In this document: piece after piece, positions 1-14,000 of the stretch
How positions within the stretch are numbered: the first letter of the stretch is position 1
How the letters are laid out: each line of letters opens with the position of its first letter
NCBI GenBank assembly: GCA_036172245.1
Contig: JAYWIR010000017.1
Span: forward strand, 1,426,001-1,490,000
DNA from: Raillietiella orientalis
Taxonomy: Eukaryota
DNA length: 64,000 nt
Direction: 5' to 3'
The notes under the pieces: model-generated
Seen by the model: the letters and a program-made list of their open reading frames with translations, nothing else
Databases searched by the model: none
What the model was told of the DNA's origin: nothing
Made by a program: the position numbers and the translations under genes

Positions 1-1916
1 CGGCGAGCATTGCGGGCTGCTGACGCAAGAGGCGCAGGAGTTTCGCGGCGCGTATCACCCCCAGAGAGAGGTTCCCGCCCTTCCCGATCGGACGCACGAA
101 GTTCTTGCTGCCGCGTCCCTCCGGTGGAGCCTCCGTCCGTCGCGCGGTGGTCCTGGGGATTCCGATTCCAACCACCCACCGGCGACTCCCCTGGCTCTTC
201 TTGAGCACGTGGAGTGGCTGGCGGGAGAAGATGGCTGCCACCGCCGCCGCCGCCGAAGCAGAGAGCGTTTCCTACTTCCTGCTTCGGTAGCCAAAGGCGC
301 GGGAGCTGGAAAGAACGCCTGCGGAGGCGGACGGTTTCCGGAGCTCGCGGAGCGGTCCGCTGTCGGTCGCATCGGTTCGTCCCGCCGATACGAAGAGGAT
401 GCCGTGCGGGAAGCAGTGCAGGGCGGGACGACCAACCTTCCTCCCTCGGAACGCGAGCAGCGGAGCCGCATGCGCGAGGCTGCCCAGTGGATCCGCGAGT
501 GCGTGGATCGGCCAGGTGCAGGAGGCGGAGGCGGACCTCGTTGACTCTGCCCCGCGTTGACGGTTTCGCAGCATCCACGGCGGTTTTTTCCTCCTTCCTC
601 CTTTCCTCCTCGATCCTGCTTGGCGGCTGGCGATCCTGCAGCCGCAGGACATCCACACCCAGCCGCCCTCCCCGTGCCAAGTCAGCTGCGAAGAGTCCTG
701 TGAAGTTTTCCAGAACGATCTGTGGGGTCACCCGGATCGACTGTCGACGTCGATGTCCATTGTCGATGCTTCCTCCCGGATCACATCCAGAAGGGGAGCT
801 CGTTGCGAGGGGCCGCGTGCCAGCGCTCCTCGCGGCGCACAAAGAGCGACCATGCGACCTGCGGATGCAACTTATGTGCGCATGGAGCTTAGAGACGAAT
901 CGGTTGGTCCTTTGCTCCTGAGATTTCTTGCGTACTGATCCCCCCCCCCCCTTCCTCCCGCTGCAGAAACGACGGTCTGCGCTCCTCGGAACGCGTGCAT
1001 TGCTGATGGAACTGCGGACGAAAATTCATTTTTGATCTGCGCTCGGGCAGGGAGGATTGCGTGACGCCATTCTTCCTCTCTAGGAATGGACTGCGATCCC
1101 TGTCGCATCCCGAGGTTGTGAGACCCAGATGAAAAATTATGAAGATCATGCCGCGATCCCACTTTAATTACCGCGTTCGTTCTTTCCGGAATTTCCGTCG
1201 CCTGTCGCAGTGGATTCATGATAATCCGGTTGATCTTAAGGAAGGCCTTCCCGTTCACCCCGGTGCGAGAGAAGAAATTCGAGTGAAACGAATCTGTGAG
1301 CAAAGAGGGCCCCGTACCCTTTCATCGGGCAGTAGTGGACGTGGGGCCGGCATTGCGTTTGGTGCTGTTGCGCCCAAGGCGGCGGACGTGCAAGCAACGT
1401 GTGTTGTTTCGTCAGCGGTTCGATGATAATCGTAAGACAACAACCAAGTGGATGCGAGCAGCTTGCCGTTCTCGATGATGCATTCTCAATTTTAGGGATT
1501 ATCCACTGAATATTCAAAGCTTTAAACGGTAAATGACGATGACTCCTTCGCATTAGTTGATTCACGTGGAACGCGGGGAAGATGCACGGGACACGCGTCC
1601 TTCCCCTACAAGCGATTCGATTTTCAGAACGTCGGGCAGATGTTCTTTGAAAAAAAAAAAAAAAAAAAAGTCATCTTTGAAGTTTTTAACGTATTTTTGC
1701 CTCGGAGTAAGAGAGCAGCGTGTTTCTTTTTACTCCACCGCGGGTTCTTTCCCGATGCCAAGTAACTTCCGTTTTTCGTCGCGTCGTGTCGCTGCGCGCG
1801 TGCAACAATATGGCGCGTAAACGCGCCTGTAGCCATATTTGCTAAAGCAAACTGCATTAAAATGAAAGAAATCAATGCTCCATATGTGATATGTGTGTGT
1901 GTTTTTTTCTTTCCAG

Positions 1917-1941
1917 AAGTCGCAGTCAATGAATGTCGCAG
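1917..1941 (+). CDS. SNF4Agamma: Candidate 25-nt micro-exon of AMPK-gamma long isoform (KSQSMNVA+G)
   Basis: Strong pyrimidine tract tttttttctttccag and perfect CAG|GTAAGT donor. It ends in phase 1 if read from phase 0, compatible with the downstream phase-1 exons. It could instead be a UTR exon. Confidence 0.45.
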
Positions 1942-2668
1942 GTAAGTCCGCTACGAATTCTCGGGAACGGAACGTGTTTGGGGAGAAGCGGAGGGGGGGG
2001 CGACTCGCGGTTGCCAAGTGTACATCCCACCGACGGACGAGGACGGAGGTTGGCGAGTGGAGGCACTTCACCAAGCGTAGAGTAACCAAAGCGACCTGAC
2101 ACCGAATTCTGCTGGGACGGAGAGAACAGCCCCGATCACACCCGAAAACACACGCATCCGCCTCCTCCTCCCTCCCCCCCTTCTGGTCACAGCCCTGGCG
2201 ATGAAACTGGAAGTGCACACGTAGCGTGCACGCCGTGATCGCGAACCAAACGCGCGCGGCGCAAACACCTTTCCTTGTAGCCATGGCAAACAAATTGCGT
2301 CTTGGCGACGCGCTCGTTGGGAAAGCACTTCGAGGATCACCCCCGAACCGGGAGAAAGCACGAAAGAGCCGCGCTCGCAAGCGAAGTGCCCCCCCCCCCC
2401 CGACAAGCATCCGGATGTCTTTCCCAAACAAACAAGAATCCTCAGGTCACCCGTGCATCCCGCGCCTAGTAACTCGTGTACATCTGCTGAGGAGGCATGG
2501 CGGGCTTACGCGCGGCGAGCTAGCGTGCAGGCAGTCGAAGATTTCGGCCTAGTGCGTCTCGTTCGGCTGCCGTTGGTGGTGACTTGGGACGGCACGAAGC
2601 GAGCAGCAGTACGTGTGCGAAAGCGGTGCATGTGGGCTCTCCCCCGGTAGCCTCCGCCGCTTCCGAAA

Positions 2669-2813
2669 ATGATATCGAAGCTGCTGCCGCGACACAGACA
2701 CCACTCCGAAAGTTCCATGATGTCAGCCACGGAGTTTGACGAGCCGTACAGAAATATCGACCTGATGTCGACGTCGGAGGTGCACCGAATACAGCAAAAG
2801 ATAGTGAAGAAAG
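2669..2813 (+). CDS. SNF4Agamma: Candidate alternative first coding exon of AMPK-gamma (MISKLLPRHRHHSESS...IQQKIVKK)
   Basis: ATG in a gaaaATG context, 48 protein-like codons, then an AAAG|GTGAAA phase-1 donor compatible with acceptors at 9476, 10940 and 20743. Confidence 0.4.
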
Positions 2814-5299
2814 GTGAAACTTTTGATTTACCATTTCGTGGTTCCGGCATCGCTTTGGGCGTGCGACTTGCCTGCCCGTTCCTGGCGTCCCAGAGGGGCC
2901 TCCGGAAGGTTTCCTCGCCGAGATGATTGGGCGACGGTCGCGGCTTCGGGAAGGTGTTGGTTTTGCTTTTCGAAACCGGCGGGAACGCCTGCACGCCAGC
3001 GGCGTGCGTCGCATCCGCTGCGGAGGACGCCCGAGTGGCGTGCAGTCGTGCCGGGACTGTTCCTCTCGGGGTGTGCTGCCGCCCACCTCTCTGCATCGTC
3101 CTTGGTAGCTCTCCATGTGTGCCAGTGCACATGTTCTGGTGGAGACTTTTTTTTTGGGGGGGGGGGGGGGGGAGGGGTAGTCCATTAAATTGCGAATGCC
3201 GGGAAAGTCTTGCGGCGGGAAAACGCCGAGTACCGCGCATCGCTCGATCCGTGACCTCTCACATCGACAAGAACGGCGGTCACAGGATTCGTCATTTTAC
3301 GTATTTGTTTTTCCACCCCCAAAAAGTCGTCGCCTTCGAACGAAGCTGAAAGTGTGCATTTGAAAGCTTCCAGTGTTTCTACCGATTCGAGTCATGTACA
3401 CGAGCGAAGACGTAATTCTTCAAATCTTTCGTTTGTTTTCATCACACGTGCAAGTAGGATTAATAAAATCTTTAATATCGTCAGCAGAGCTGATTTAATT
3501 TGCCAGCTTCATTGGATTGGCAGTTTTCGCCTTGTCAGTGGGGCTTGGTGTTCCTGTGTGTGTGCTTTTTTGCCTTGTGAAATACTGCCGTCGGCTGAGA
3601 CCATGTCGTTGCCTCCAAGTTGCTCCTCGCTCCTCAGCCATCTGGCGGTTTTCGTAACGTGATTTGAGAATATAATTATTCGGAATTCTTTGGATAACTG
3701 TCCTTTTTCCTCTCTAAATTTTCGCTTCTCCAAACAGCAGGAGCTCCCATTATGCTGTAGACGTGCGATTGTGATTCTTTGTGAATACTCTTCACGTGCC
3801 GTTTGAGGCAAGAAGCGATTTATCCGCAGCACTGAAACCATCCGGAGGAATTCGCTACACGAGCCTGTTCTGTGCAATTTTTCTCAGCGAAGCGATGGCC
3901 TCCTCGGCTGAGGCAGCTTCCCTCAAGCATCCACCCACTCGCTAAAGCAAGGTTTCAAAACTTCCTATTTTTGCTTTGCTTTTGTTTCTCTATTGGGAAT
4001 TTCCCTCGTTCAACCATCCGTCGAGTTTTCGATTAGTGCGATCTGCACGGACGCAGCTGCTGAATTTTGCACTGTGCATGCAACTGTTTAGTTATCCCCC
4101 CCCCCCCCCCCATATTTTCACGAAGCACACTACCACGTTTCTTTCAGCGTTTTTTATTTGTGCGGTAAAAAAACACATTGAAAACCTCTTCCTTCTCACA
4201 CCAGGATTGCTTTTTCGTGTGCGACGCAAAACGCAAACTTTTCCGCGACGCCATGTGCGCTTCCGTGAATGGCTTGGAGCGATCCTTTGCCACTGAAAGC
4301 AATCCTTGATCGACGAACGCTAAAGAAAAAAATGTCCTTGTACGTCCTAGATGCTAAAGCTACTGCTGCACCCTATGATCCGTCACGTCAACTGAGGTGG
4401 AATTTATGGGAACACCGCGACGCTGCTTTCAGCCCGGCGCTTCCATGCAACCCCACTCGGCGCAAATCCAATTAACGACACCGTGGTGACACGCAGGGTA
4501 GGAGTGTTTTACGAGCGAGTTAGCGTTTAGCCACCGAATCACGAATCATTGCATCCCGCAGAAGGTTTTTCGTTTCATTCTGGGGGCCTCGCAGGATATC
4601 TTCAACACTTCCCATGCACGCGATAACGAATTCAGCAATGGAGTTAATGTTTGCGATCATAGGAACAGAGAAGTCATCATCAAGTACAGCACTGCCTACT
4701 GAACACCTATGAATCCTGCAGCAGACTACGCAACGATGGAAAGGCGTGCTGCAAAGACTTGTCTCGTAGAAACAGTAACGCCACGACAGTACTGTTGTTG
4801 TCAGTGGTTTAGAAGTCCTCGATGACGTTTCACTGTTTACAAATCTCAGTGTCCATGAATATTCGCTGTTGAAAATGCTTGAAAATTTCCTTGCATTTGT
4901 TTGAGTCGAGTAATGAGGAATTGAATTGGCTTCAGACTGGCCGTGTGGGTGATTCGGTGCTGTGCATACATTGGACGCGTTACCATGGCACAACACCATC
5001 GCTACTTGTACGCCCCGGCTCCACCGGGTGGTAAACCATCGCTACTTCTTGCACAGCAGCACATTTTCAAAGATCTTCGAGTTCAGTAAACGCAAAGTGG
5101 GGAACGGTGCTCCATACGGTGTTCAGTTTGCACACCGTCTGGAAAGAACTGTTTCTCTTGAATGGATTTAAAGGACAATCACTTTCTATCCGAGAAACCC
5201 TGCAGCACGACTGCTGGTCTATCAATAGCAATAGAAGAAACTATTTTTCTCAAGCCTTTTCGGCATAATAGAAGCGCGTGGTCGGAAAAGAAACAATAC

Positions 5300-5320
5300 A
5301 TATATATATATATATATATA
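5300..5320. repeat. (TA)n microsatellite
   Basis: About 10 TA units. Confidence 0.9.
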
Positions 5321-7199
5321 AAGTGCTAAATACTAAATGTGAAAATCGGAAGTAGAAACGTACTTGTCCTTAGACTCCCAAGTTTTGTGGTTGTGAAATA
5401 TTCCAGCCGGTGTTTTAATGGTTTGTGTGTTTCAAAAACGACTCTTCCGTTGATCAAGAGTAAAAACGGACGAGAACGAAGCAGAACTTTGGACAGTCGT
5501 CGAAAGATCTCACACTTCAAACACGCACAGTAGTGCAGAACACATAAACGTGGAGGTGCTTATAGAACCTTCTATAAGCACCTTTTTAACTGTCACAGTT
5601 GTCAGGAAATATTTAGAGAGGTGCATAAGCAGTGTAGAAAAAAGTATCAAGAATCCGAATGCCTGTTTCCTGTATGCTTCTTGTGTCTGTGCGTCCATCA
5701 TGGTTTCTTTAGAATTTGACTAATTATGCTGAATTCTTTTGGTTTGGAATAATTCCCGACTGACCACAAAATTGGGATTTGTGTGTGTAATACACAGGAA
5801 CAGGGACACATGTGCTTAATATAGGTGGTCCTTATGAAATAGGAAAAGTCCTTGTTCCTCGACTGCAAGAAAATGAAAGATTGGAAACCATGATGAAATA
5901 TGTCTCTGTGCAGTGCTGTATTTGTAACGAAAGTAATTTCTGTTATGTGAATTTCGTTTTCACATTTGTTTCTGGTAAATGGATCAGGGAACTAAGTCTA
6001 AGAAAAAAGATGGCAGCCGATGTCGGTTTAGCGAATAGTAAAAGTGGCGCGATGATGTCTTTTCTATTGGGAACTACGAGGAAGTGTGTTCACATTCATG
6101 ATGATGGCACCTTTTTTGTAAAGACTTGAAAAAGAACGATATGTCATGTTTTTAACTGATCCTTTGAACCTCTCGTGGTCAGTCTGGGACCAGTTGAAAA
6201 TTTCCAGGTGCTGAAAGAAGGACCGTATCTACTTTCCTGTTTAGTGCATGTTTACGCTGATAGAAAGTAATGCAGGTTTCGTGGAATCTGGAACAAGATA
6301 AATCCGATCTTATCTGATGAGTATTCTCTGAAGTATCGTATGTACTGGCGTGTACACAAAAATTATCGAGCCATTTTGCAAACATGAAGTACCAAAAAAC
6401 TCATTGGTTAACGGCTTACTTAAGTCAGATTTCATGAATTCATTCTCATCTTCCTGCTTAAAGGCAAATGATATATCGTGTGTGTTACAATCAGTTGTCT
6501 ACTTCAGACTTTTTGGGATTGCATTTAAAGCATTAAGTAATCAATAAAATGCAAATATATAATCCTGAAGAGTAATTCATAAGGTTCTTGTTTGGTGTTT
6601 GAGGTCCCCAGTAGTATCCGATTGCATCATAAGATTTATTTACTCCTAATTAACCGTCAACATAAATTTACCCGATTTCCTTCGTTCATGTTTCGTTCCT
6701 TTGAACGTAGGCACATTATTTTTGTTGTGTACAGATTGATTATTCTAGCGTCACGAGGAAAGTCGCAAAAAGATTTGATTTTGTTTTGTTTTGAGGAGTG
6801 TACCTACGCGCTACTGTTTGTAGGTATTTCCGTATATACTCTTGGAAGAATCATATACTCGTGGTTCCCGTAATAGTATACTGCAAGGATACTGAGACTT
6901 CTCAATGTTGTACTCTGCCCAGAAGAAAAAACTTCCCTTCTACAGTCGGCACCATCATTTCGAGTTGCCTACGAGCAATCACCCAGCAGCCTCTTTATAT
7001 TCTTAAGTCAAGGATTGGAAGCTTACCTGAAGCTGTAACAAGAATCTCATGCTCAAGCAATCCGGAGGAATAATCCAAAGATCGAAACAAAGCGTGAGAA
7101 ACAGATTTTAGTTCGAGGAGGAGGGAGGAAATCCATACAGAGAGTAAAACCTTTCTCGAGATCTGAGGTGCAAAACAGCATTTCGACTTGAATCTCTGT

Positions 7200-7320
7200 T
7201 TGGAAACGGAAGCTTGGCACTTTTTTGTGATAAACCCCATCAAGTTCTGCTTCTGTGTTGTGTGACGTTCCCAAGGTGAATTGCGGGTATGGAGTGCAAG
7301 AATTCTCGTCACAAGAAGTG
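7200..7320 (-). mobile_element. Possible CR1/L2-like LINE scrap (post-RT region)
   Basis: SPWERHTTQKQNLMGFITKKC weakly resembles the L.W..HI...KA..LGFI.R consensus. Confidence 0.2.
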
Positions 7321-9475
7321 TGGCGGTGAACAACGACGAATAGTTATGCTCATGAAAGTAAAATTGCAATTTTGGTGATGTCAGTCCCACCTGCAGCCAG
7401 AACTATGGGTTTCACCTGCTACCAGTCACCTGTTTGCGTTCTTTCTTTCGTTCTTCGTGGTTTCCTAATTTACGAAGGCAACTTAAATTCCGCCAGAAAC
7501 AAAGTGGTTTTTGAAAATCCCGAAAGATGGAACGCTCGAATCAGCTCATCACCTTCGTCGAGCAGCTGTTTCAGGGATTTTTGTGGTTCTTGAAAAAGGA
7601 AAAGCTGGGCTGGGGAATGTCTTTTCTTCATTTTGAAAGCCTTCAGGGCGACGATTTACTCTATACTTGCATGTTTGTTTGTGTGTAGGTCAGCCTGCAC
7701 CCTCGAAAGTATCCAGTTGTCTCCGTGTACCCAACTCGCTTACGTGTGGTTGCTTATCCTTTGAAGGTTTTTGCGAGGATGGATAGGATTGTAGGACATT
7801 TTTTCAAGAAGTGTTTGTTTCTTCCTTTCTTTGATGTAAATACGCAACGGGAGAACTCGCCCTACCGAAGGCGTTCCTACTTCAGCTTTCCTTCAAACGA
7901 GAACCAAACCTGTGCAAGAATTCGTCTTCTTTGAAGCTCGTGTTTTCGGAGAATGCTGCAGCTGGGAATTTCTCTCGACCTGTGCGCCTCTTCGGTTCCG
8001 ACTGTGTTCAGTTCTCTCTTGGGTTGCAGTTGTGTTTTCATCGAAATTCTTCAACTACTAGAATTGTTAGCATGTTGTGTGCCCTCCCACCAGGTTGCAC
8101 AGCTCCACATAGAAGGTTCACTCAGCACTGGAGGCATTCTGTGGATCCGTTAATTCGTTCCAGCAGCGTGCCGTGCTAATGGTAGCTGAGGGTATCGGCA
8201 CTCTGAACAAGCAAAAGAATCGTATCTTCCTGACTGATAATCTGGTATGAAAGCACACCTCGCCTGTATATCAAATACACCGCCTGCCTTATATTTGTAA
8301 ATTATCTCTAAAACCGACAAGTGTCTTCTTGCTCTGGGAGTTGTCGTCGGGGACGTGCTGATAGTTTACGTGCTGCGTTTGCCCAATCTCGTGTTTGTGC
8401 CTTTTGGCCAAGAAAGAAATGGAGTTCCATTTATTTTTTTCATGTTATTTTATTGCTACAGTTTAACTGTTCTCGAAAAAAAAAAAAAAAAAAATCAGTG
8501 ACAAGAAAAATCGGATAAATGTTCCAAAAGCTGAGGATTTTGCTTGAGAGACCACGTGAATCCATAAGTCTTGAGACCGAATACTTCCATGGCGGTGCAC
8601 ATGTGAGCGACCAGAAATTGCATTACAGGAAGAGGTTATCTCTACCAGGTAAATGGCAGAATGAGACAAGTCTTGGATTTATTTTCCATCTGTTTGTTTG
8701 TTCGTTCGTTCGTTTTTTGATGCATTGGCACCGAGGGGGATCGAGTTGGCACACCAGCTCGTTTGCTTGTGACGAGTTTCGCGAATGAGGGCTCCCTCTA
8801 GAAACACGGCGCTGTTGTACGTGAATCAGGTAGTGTTCCATCTGTAAATTCTGCATCAGGAATGCCCAGAATCTCGTTTCGATCCAATGTTTGCTTCGGA
8901 ATTCTCCGGCGTACAGCATGATTTATGTGTTTCATTGTCAACAGGTTGACAGTGCTCAAGCCGCGAAGAAAGGAAAATGTGGGGGGGGGGGGGAAACTTC
9001 TCAAGAGTTTTGCTTTGCAACATCTGCTGCGTTCTTCTGCATTCGGAAGCTCTGGAATTCGACAGATCCAGCAGGAAAGACCCTGACTTTACGAAGACGT
9101 ACTAATGCGTAGGAAACAGATTTCTACCCATGAAGTACCAGTTGTCTCATCGTGATTCGAATTCTGGCAAGCCATTACATGTTGACTCATGTTCCCGATG
9201 CAATCCCGTGCTGGGCCTTGGGAGAGCGTCGTTAATCATCATTGAAAACACTCGCAGCTTTGTGTAAATAAAGCTATCGGTCCGCTTGGATCCCAGAAGC
9301 GAAAGCGCTCAGGAAACGTCTTGGCTGCGTACCTTTCTCCTGCCTGGGATGATCGCAAACGGCTATTTCACGTCGGAGCGTTGTTTTCAGGACGTGAAGA
9401 AAGAAGAGTGAGTGCTGCGGCTGGTTTAGCTGAAACCCTCCTCGTACTTTTCCCACTTCGGTTGGTTGAAAGCAG

Positions 9476-9631
9476 CTTGCGGCAGTTTTGTTTCGAAAAC
9501 AAGAATCGAGGGAAAAGCAGCAGTTGGAGATGAATGCACGCAGTGCTCGCGTGAAAAAGTGAGGAAATCCTTGGAAAAGCGAAAGAGAAGAAGCACAGGC
9601 GGGGCAGTAGCGGAACCAACGATAAGGAGTG
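9476..9631 (+). CDS. SNF4Agamma: Probable N-terminal-extension exon of AMPK-gamma (...VRKSLEKRKRRSTGGAVAEPTIRS)
   Basis: 156-nt symmetric phase-1 exon (aagcag acceptor, G|GTAAAC donor). LEKRKRRSTGG resembles the LEKRR-S-G segment I recall upstream of the CBS domains in insect SNF4Agamma. The acceptor is uncertain (9473, 9476 or about 9521-9524). Confidence 0.5.
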
Positions 9632-9672
9632 GTAAACGGTTGTCGACAGAGATGGTGAATTCATTGTGGAAT

Positions 9673-9834
9673 GATAGAATAACTGATTGGTGACGACTTG
9701 AAGGAGTCATCACCAATCTATTTCACGTCGGGTGACTTCTTTTTTAAGTCAGTGAGCCGACTTCTTTTGAATCGTCCGACCTGAAATGGGTTTGTGATGA
9801 CTTCTTTAAGTCGTCACAAATCAGTCATTCTATC
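9673..9834. repeat. 162-bp fold-back element (MITE-like) with 59-bp inverted arms
   Basis: Arms 9673-9731 and 9776-9834 are reverse complements at 51/59 positions. Each arm is itself near-palindromic, and the spacer carries GACTTCTTT-type subrepeats. Confidence 0.85.
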
Positions 9835-10939
9835 GCATCACATCGTTGACCTCTTCAGAAACTCTCTCTCGAGGAATCTTTGGTTTAAAGCAAAGATTTG
9901 AGCGTAGCAGATGGAATGATTTCTTTTCGGCTCGGTGACTCACTGCAGTTATTTTTGCGTTTATCTTTATCATTTGCGTGACTTTAAAAAAAAAAAAAAA
10001 TTCTTTCTCCCACATTCTTTAGCATCCATTCTCAGTTTTTGAGAATGGATGATAAAGAACAATAAAACTGAAGCGACTTGCTCCTGCGTGCTTTCCATCA
10101 GCGGGTAGAAATTTTTCAGATCCGATGCCTTGGATTTTTCTCTCATCTTTGATGGCAGTTAGCATTCTGCTTGTAAGCATCCAGACGGGTTCGCGGAATA
10201 TCGAAAACATTCGCAGGTGGGAAGATTGAAGCGAAGATCGAAAAGTGTTCGCATGTGCTTTTCCAATTTCGCGAGAATACAGATTTTCTCTGCTTTGAAA
10301 CCCTCATCTCTGGCGGCAAAATTCATAGCTCAATCAACGAATAAAATTGATTTTTCCACTCCCCAACTCGCGATTGATGGCTTTGCAAATACTCTTTGTC
10401 GTCCATCTTTGTCCACCTTGAGGCTCCCTCATCTGAAGGGTTACGCATGTGGAAAAAAGTGTGTTTTAATAATTTCAGTTTAAATCCCTTCTTTGTTAAA
10501 TAATAGATGATAGAAAAACACACGGGCTGGCCAAGGTCACTCCCACAAGGCTGACAAAATCTGTCACGCATGTCCAAGTGCCGCAATGCGCATGTGAGAT
10601 TGAGCGTGCCGGAAAATGCAGCAATACAGGGGAATTCGTAGATCGATCTTTTTTTTTTTAGCGGAAAAGGGGAGGGGAAAAAAATGCGTGTCTTATGGAA
10701 TTGGGGCTTAACCACCGAATGTGTGTCCATCCCAGAATCGTTTGGATAAATCTTTTTTTTTTCCCTTTTTTTTTTTTGCTTTAATGTTATGCATTGTATA
10801 ACGTATGCATTACAATGTGTATGACGTGATCAGTAATGGCGCCTAAGAAGAATGAACATAGAACTAAGGTTTCTCAAGGTTGAAGATTAAGTCTTCAGGG
10901 GCGTTATTTATCATATTATCCTAAAAATTTTCATTCTAG

Positions 10940-11064
10940 GAACACTGCACCACCAACCATCTTCGGAACCCATAGAGAAACTTCGATATTCTTTCGGACA
11001 TCGGCAAAAAGCCGCTTCGTTGGATCCTAGCCGTACTGCCATTCTCTTTAGAGATTCACGAGGA
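10940..11064 (+). CDS. SNF4Agamma: AMPK-gamma exon ([10 protein letters not shown]...[16 protein letters not shown])
   Basis: ttttcattctag acceptor and GGA|GTGAGT donor. It encodes [12 protein letters not shown], a motif recalled from arthropod AMPK-gamma just before the CBS region. Absent from the ORF track. Confidence 0.78.
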
Positions 11065-14000
11065 GTGAGTTTTGGTTTTTCTTTCTGTGAATAGACGAGA
11101 GCTGAAAAAGGCAAAGTGATTCGTGCACAGTTATGTTGATCACGTGTAGTCTCTTTGCATGGATATTAAAAGATTGGATGTATTACTGCGAAGATTGCCG
11201 GAAATAAGTATACATGGTCTTAAAACGGTTTCACAATTCAACTCATTGGCTCCTTTCAATAAATCTGATCTTTCGAAGGATCTTTCAAAATCGTATAATT
11301 TTTTTTTTTTTTTAAAAAAAAGAATCACTAATGAGGTTCTCACTCGTCGTATTAGTTCACATTATTAATTGATGTAGTTGGTATGTCGGTTTGGAGCATG
11401 TCAAAGCTATCGAAATCCTGCCCGACTAGGAAAATCTTGAGAAAATGGCACCAAATTGTTCGTAGATGTCAAAACAACAGGAATTTTCAGTCCTCCTTTC
11501 TGCCTCTTTCCACAGAAGCAAAGCACAAGTAGCACTTCGTCGTCAGTGTGTTTGCTACTCGGTGCATTGGCTTTCACCACCTTGCAGTTAACGAAAATCG
11601 TGCTCTTTCTGGAAGAATGCTCTCCACGCAGGATTCCATTCGGTGCGGGATGCAAGCTTGTTATGTATAAGGAATTGTGAAGTGTGTAAGTGAGAACCCT
11701 CAAGTCCCTCAAGAAACAGACGGCATGGGATCGATGAAGACTTGTTCCCATTGACGGTTGAATCCCGAATTCGATTTTTCTTTCCTTTTTGTGAAAAAGG
11801 GTATTGCCCGTTGTTTTTACAAAGGATGAATCCACGCTCCTATGAATAATGTCGCATAATTTCCGCAGCCGAAGGAAATAGCTTCGGAGTGCAGTTTCCC
11901 AGGATCGAATTCTCCGAAAGGTGCGGTTAGGCGTGGGTCCCAATGACTGCCGCTGTGTTGAGAGCAAACGCGCTTTTCATTCTTCGTAAACATGACCTAT
12001 CAGTCGCTGTATCCTTTGCACATTCTCTGTTCAAATGAGCGTGCAGCTCTCTGCCTTTGGAGTCTTCCCCATTCGATTATTCGGAGTGGCGAGCACCGAA
12101 GTGCGCTTTAGGAGAAATTTGTTCTCTGCCACCGTGGTGTTGCACTCGACAACTCAACGACGTCAGTAGCACGATTCGCTTCATCGTTCTTGGGGGGCTG
12201 TAACCGAATCTCGATTCTGTGGCACTTCGATCGCATCTTCCGTAGATAACCTCAGCTTTCCTTTGTGCTTCAATCAAATCAGCGTAATCAGACATCGTAA
12301 TCAGACGGTTGAGGTTCGTTTGCGTGAGGTGCTTGTGCATTCGCGTTTTCACTCCCATTCCCCCTCTCCCGTGAGGGGGAAAAGCGTTCCCTGTTGATTT
12401 TCCCATGGTAGACTTGTCTTAGTGTTTCGGTGAGGAATCCGGTTCTGGCTCAGGATGGGGGAACTTGAATGTTTTTTAAGAGGAAGCAATCTGTTGTCTA
12501 TCTATTCCACCATGTTGTTGAAGTAGTTTATGTCGGGGAAACTGTTTTCACGCTTAGGTGTGCCTCAGATTTCTTAGCTTTGTTTTCCAAGTTTCTTAGT
12601 TTTAAAGGCTTGTCATTCCTTTCTTAACAATTTCAGAAATTTTCATAACCATCTCAATTTCGCAAACGAATTATTAGATTGTTTCGTTGAATTAAAAAAG
12701 TGACGGAAATGTTTGTGCACAATAAAAAAAAAAAAAACTTATTGTGGCTAACTGGACGAAACTAATGAGTGTTAATGCATCAAAGTATAACGATGTGCAC
12801 TCGGATATGGTTTTCTGTAGATATCTCAATCCCTTCTCTGCCCAAGATTCTCTGAAACGAACATTAAGAGCATCTGTCGTTCTAACCTATCGTTTTCCTC
12901 TTTCGATTTGAGGAACACTGGCATTTTGTATCCTGAATGAAGAGCCCCATCTGGTGCAACCGCTTGTCCACCTCATACACATTCTGTGTTCCTGGCTACG
13001 TCGAATGTGTGTTTCTTATAACAAGCAGTGGTTGTGGGGCAAAAGTGCCTAGATTCTCAATTTCTGGAACAAAGAATACACTCTGTTTTTTGTTTTTTTT
13101 TTTCCCCCTACGAATGCGTCACCTTGTGCTTATTGTAGTGTTCTAGAGTTCCGTAGATATTCAGTTTCTAAGTAACTTACGCACTCACCAGTTTTTGTAA
13201 ATCCAGCATTCGTGTTTGTGTTTTAATCAATCCGTGCAAGGTACCGGCATTTCCGTACGCATCTGTTTAACCTTTTTTCCTCTTGATTCTCTATTTTTTC
13301 TTTTATGGATGCAGGAAAAATCACAAAGTTTGAGCGTCCCTCACATGTGTATTTTCATGTGTAGCTTTCTTTTATTCAGTTTGACATAGCTGATGCTCTC
13401 GAAGAAGTGTCGTATACTGCCTACGGTATGACGTGACTTTTGCCATTTGATGTGTTTTAGCTAAGAAAGTCTGGGACAAAAGATTACGACTTTCGATTAG
13501 TTACATTTATGATGAGGGTTGATAGGTAATGTGAGAAATGAAGGTCTAGAATGTGTGGATAGTAATTTATTAAGACAGTCTGTGTTAAAGATGAACTAGG
13601 AGTGATTTAAGCGTCTGGGCCGATCTATGCACGTATTCTACGCAGAAGATTGGGTTCTAGGTATCATTGCATGATCCCATTCACTGCAAAACATTCATTC
13701 AGGAAAACTCAGTATAAAATTATAATAAATGTAGTTTAGGTTACTTCGAAAGAGCGTGTCGTGACAGAAGGTTGTATTGGTATCTTTTAGTTACATCGTT
13801 GCCAATCATTATCTTTATAAACTGCATGATTCCATCAGATGGAACTTTAAAATAGTTCAAATGCCTTGGAAGTTTATCGGTTTCGGTTGATGCCGTTTCA
13901 TATAACCAATTTTTTTTTTAATGTCTTTTGAGATAATTCGCATATCTTCGTTCAAAGAAACCTAGTTCAGATTTAGTGACCAACTTGATTAGCAATGTGT

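Noticed and set aside
10..3349. Many overlapping 100-245 aa ORFs on both strands
   Set aside because: Arg/Pro/Ser-rich products typical of chance ORFs in GC-rich DNA; several read through homopolymers; no domain recognised.
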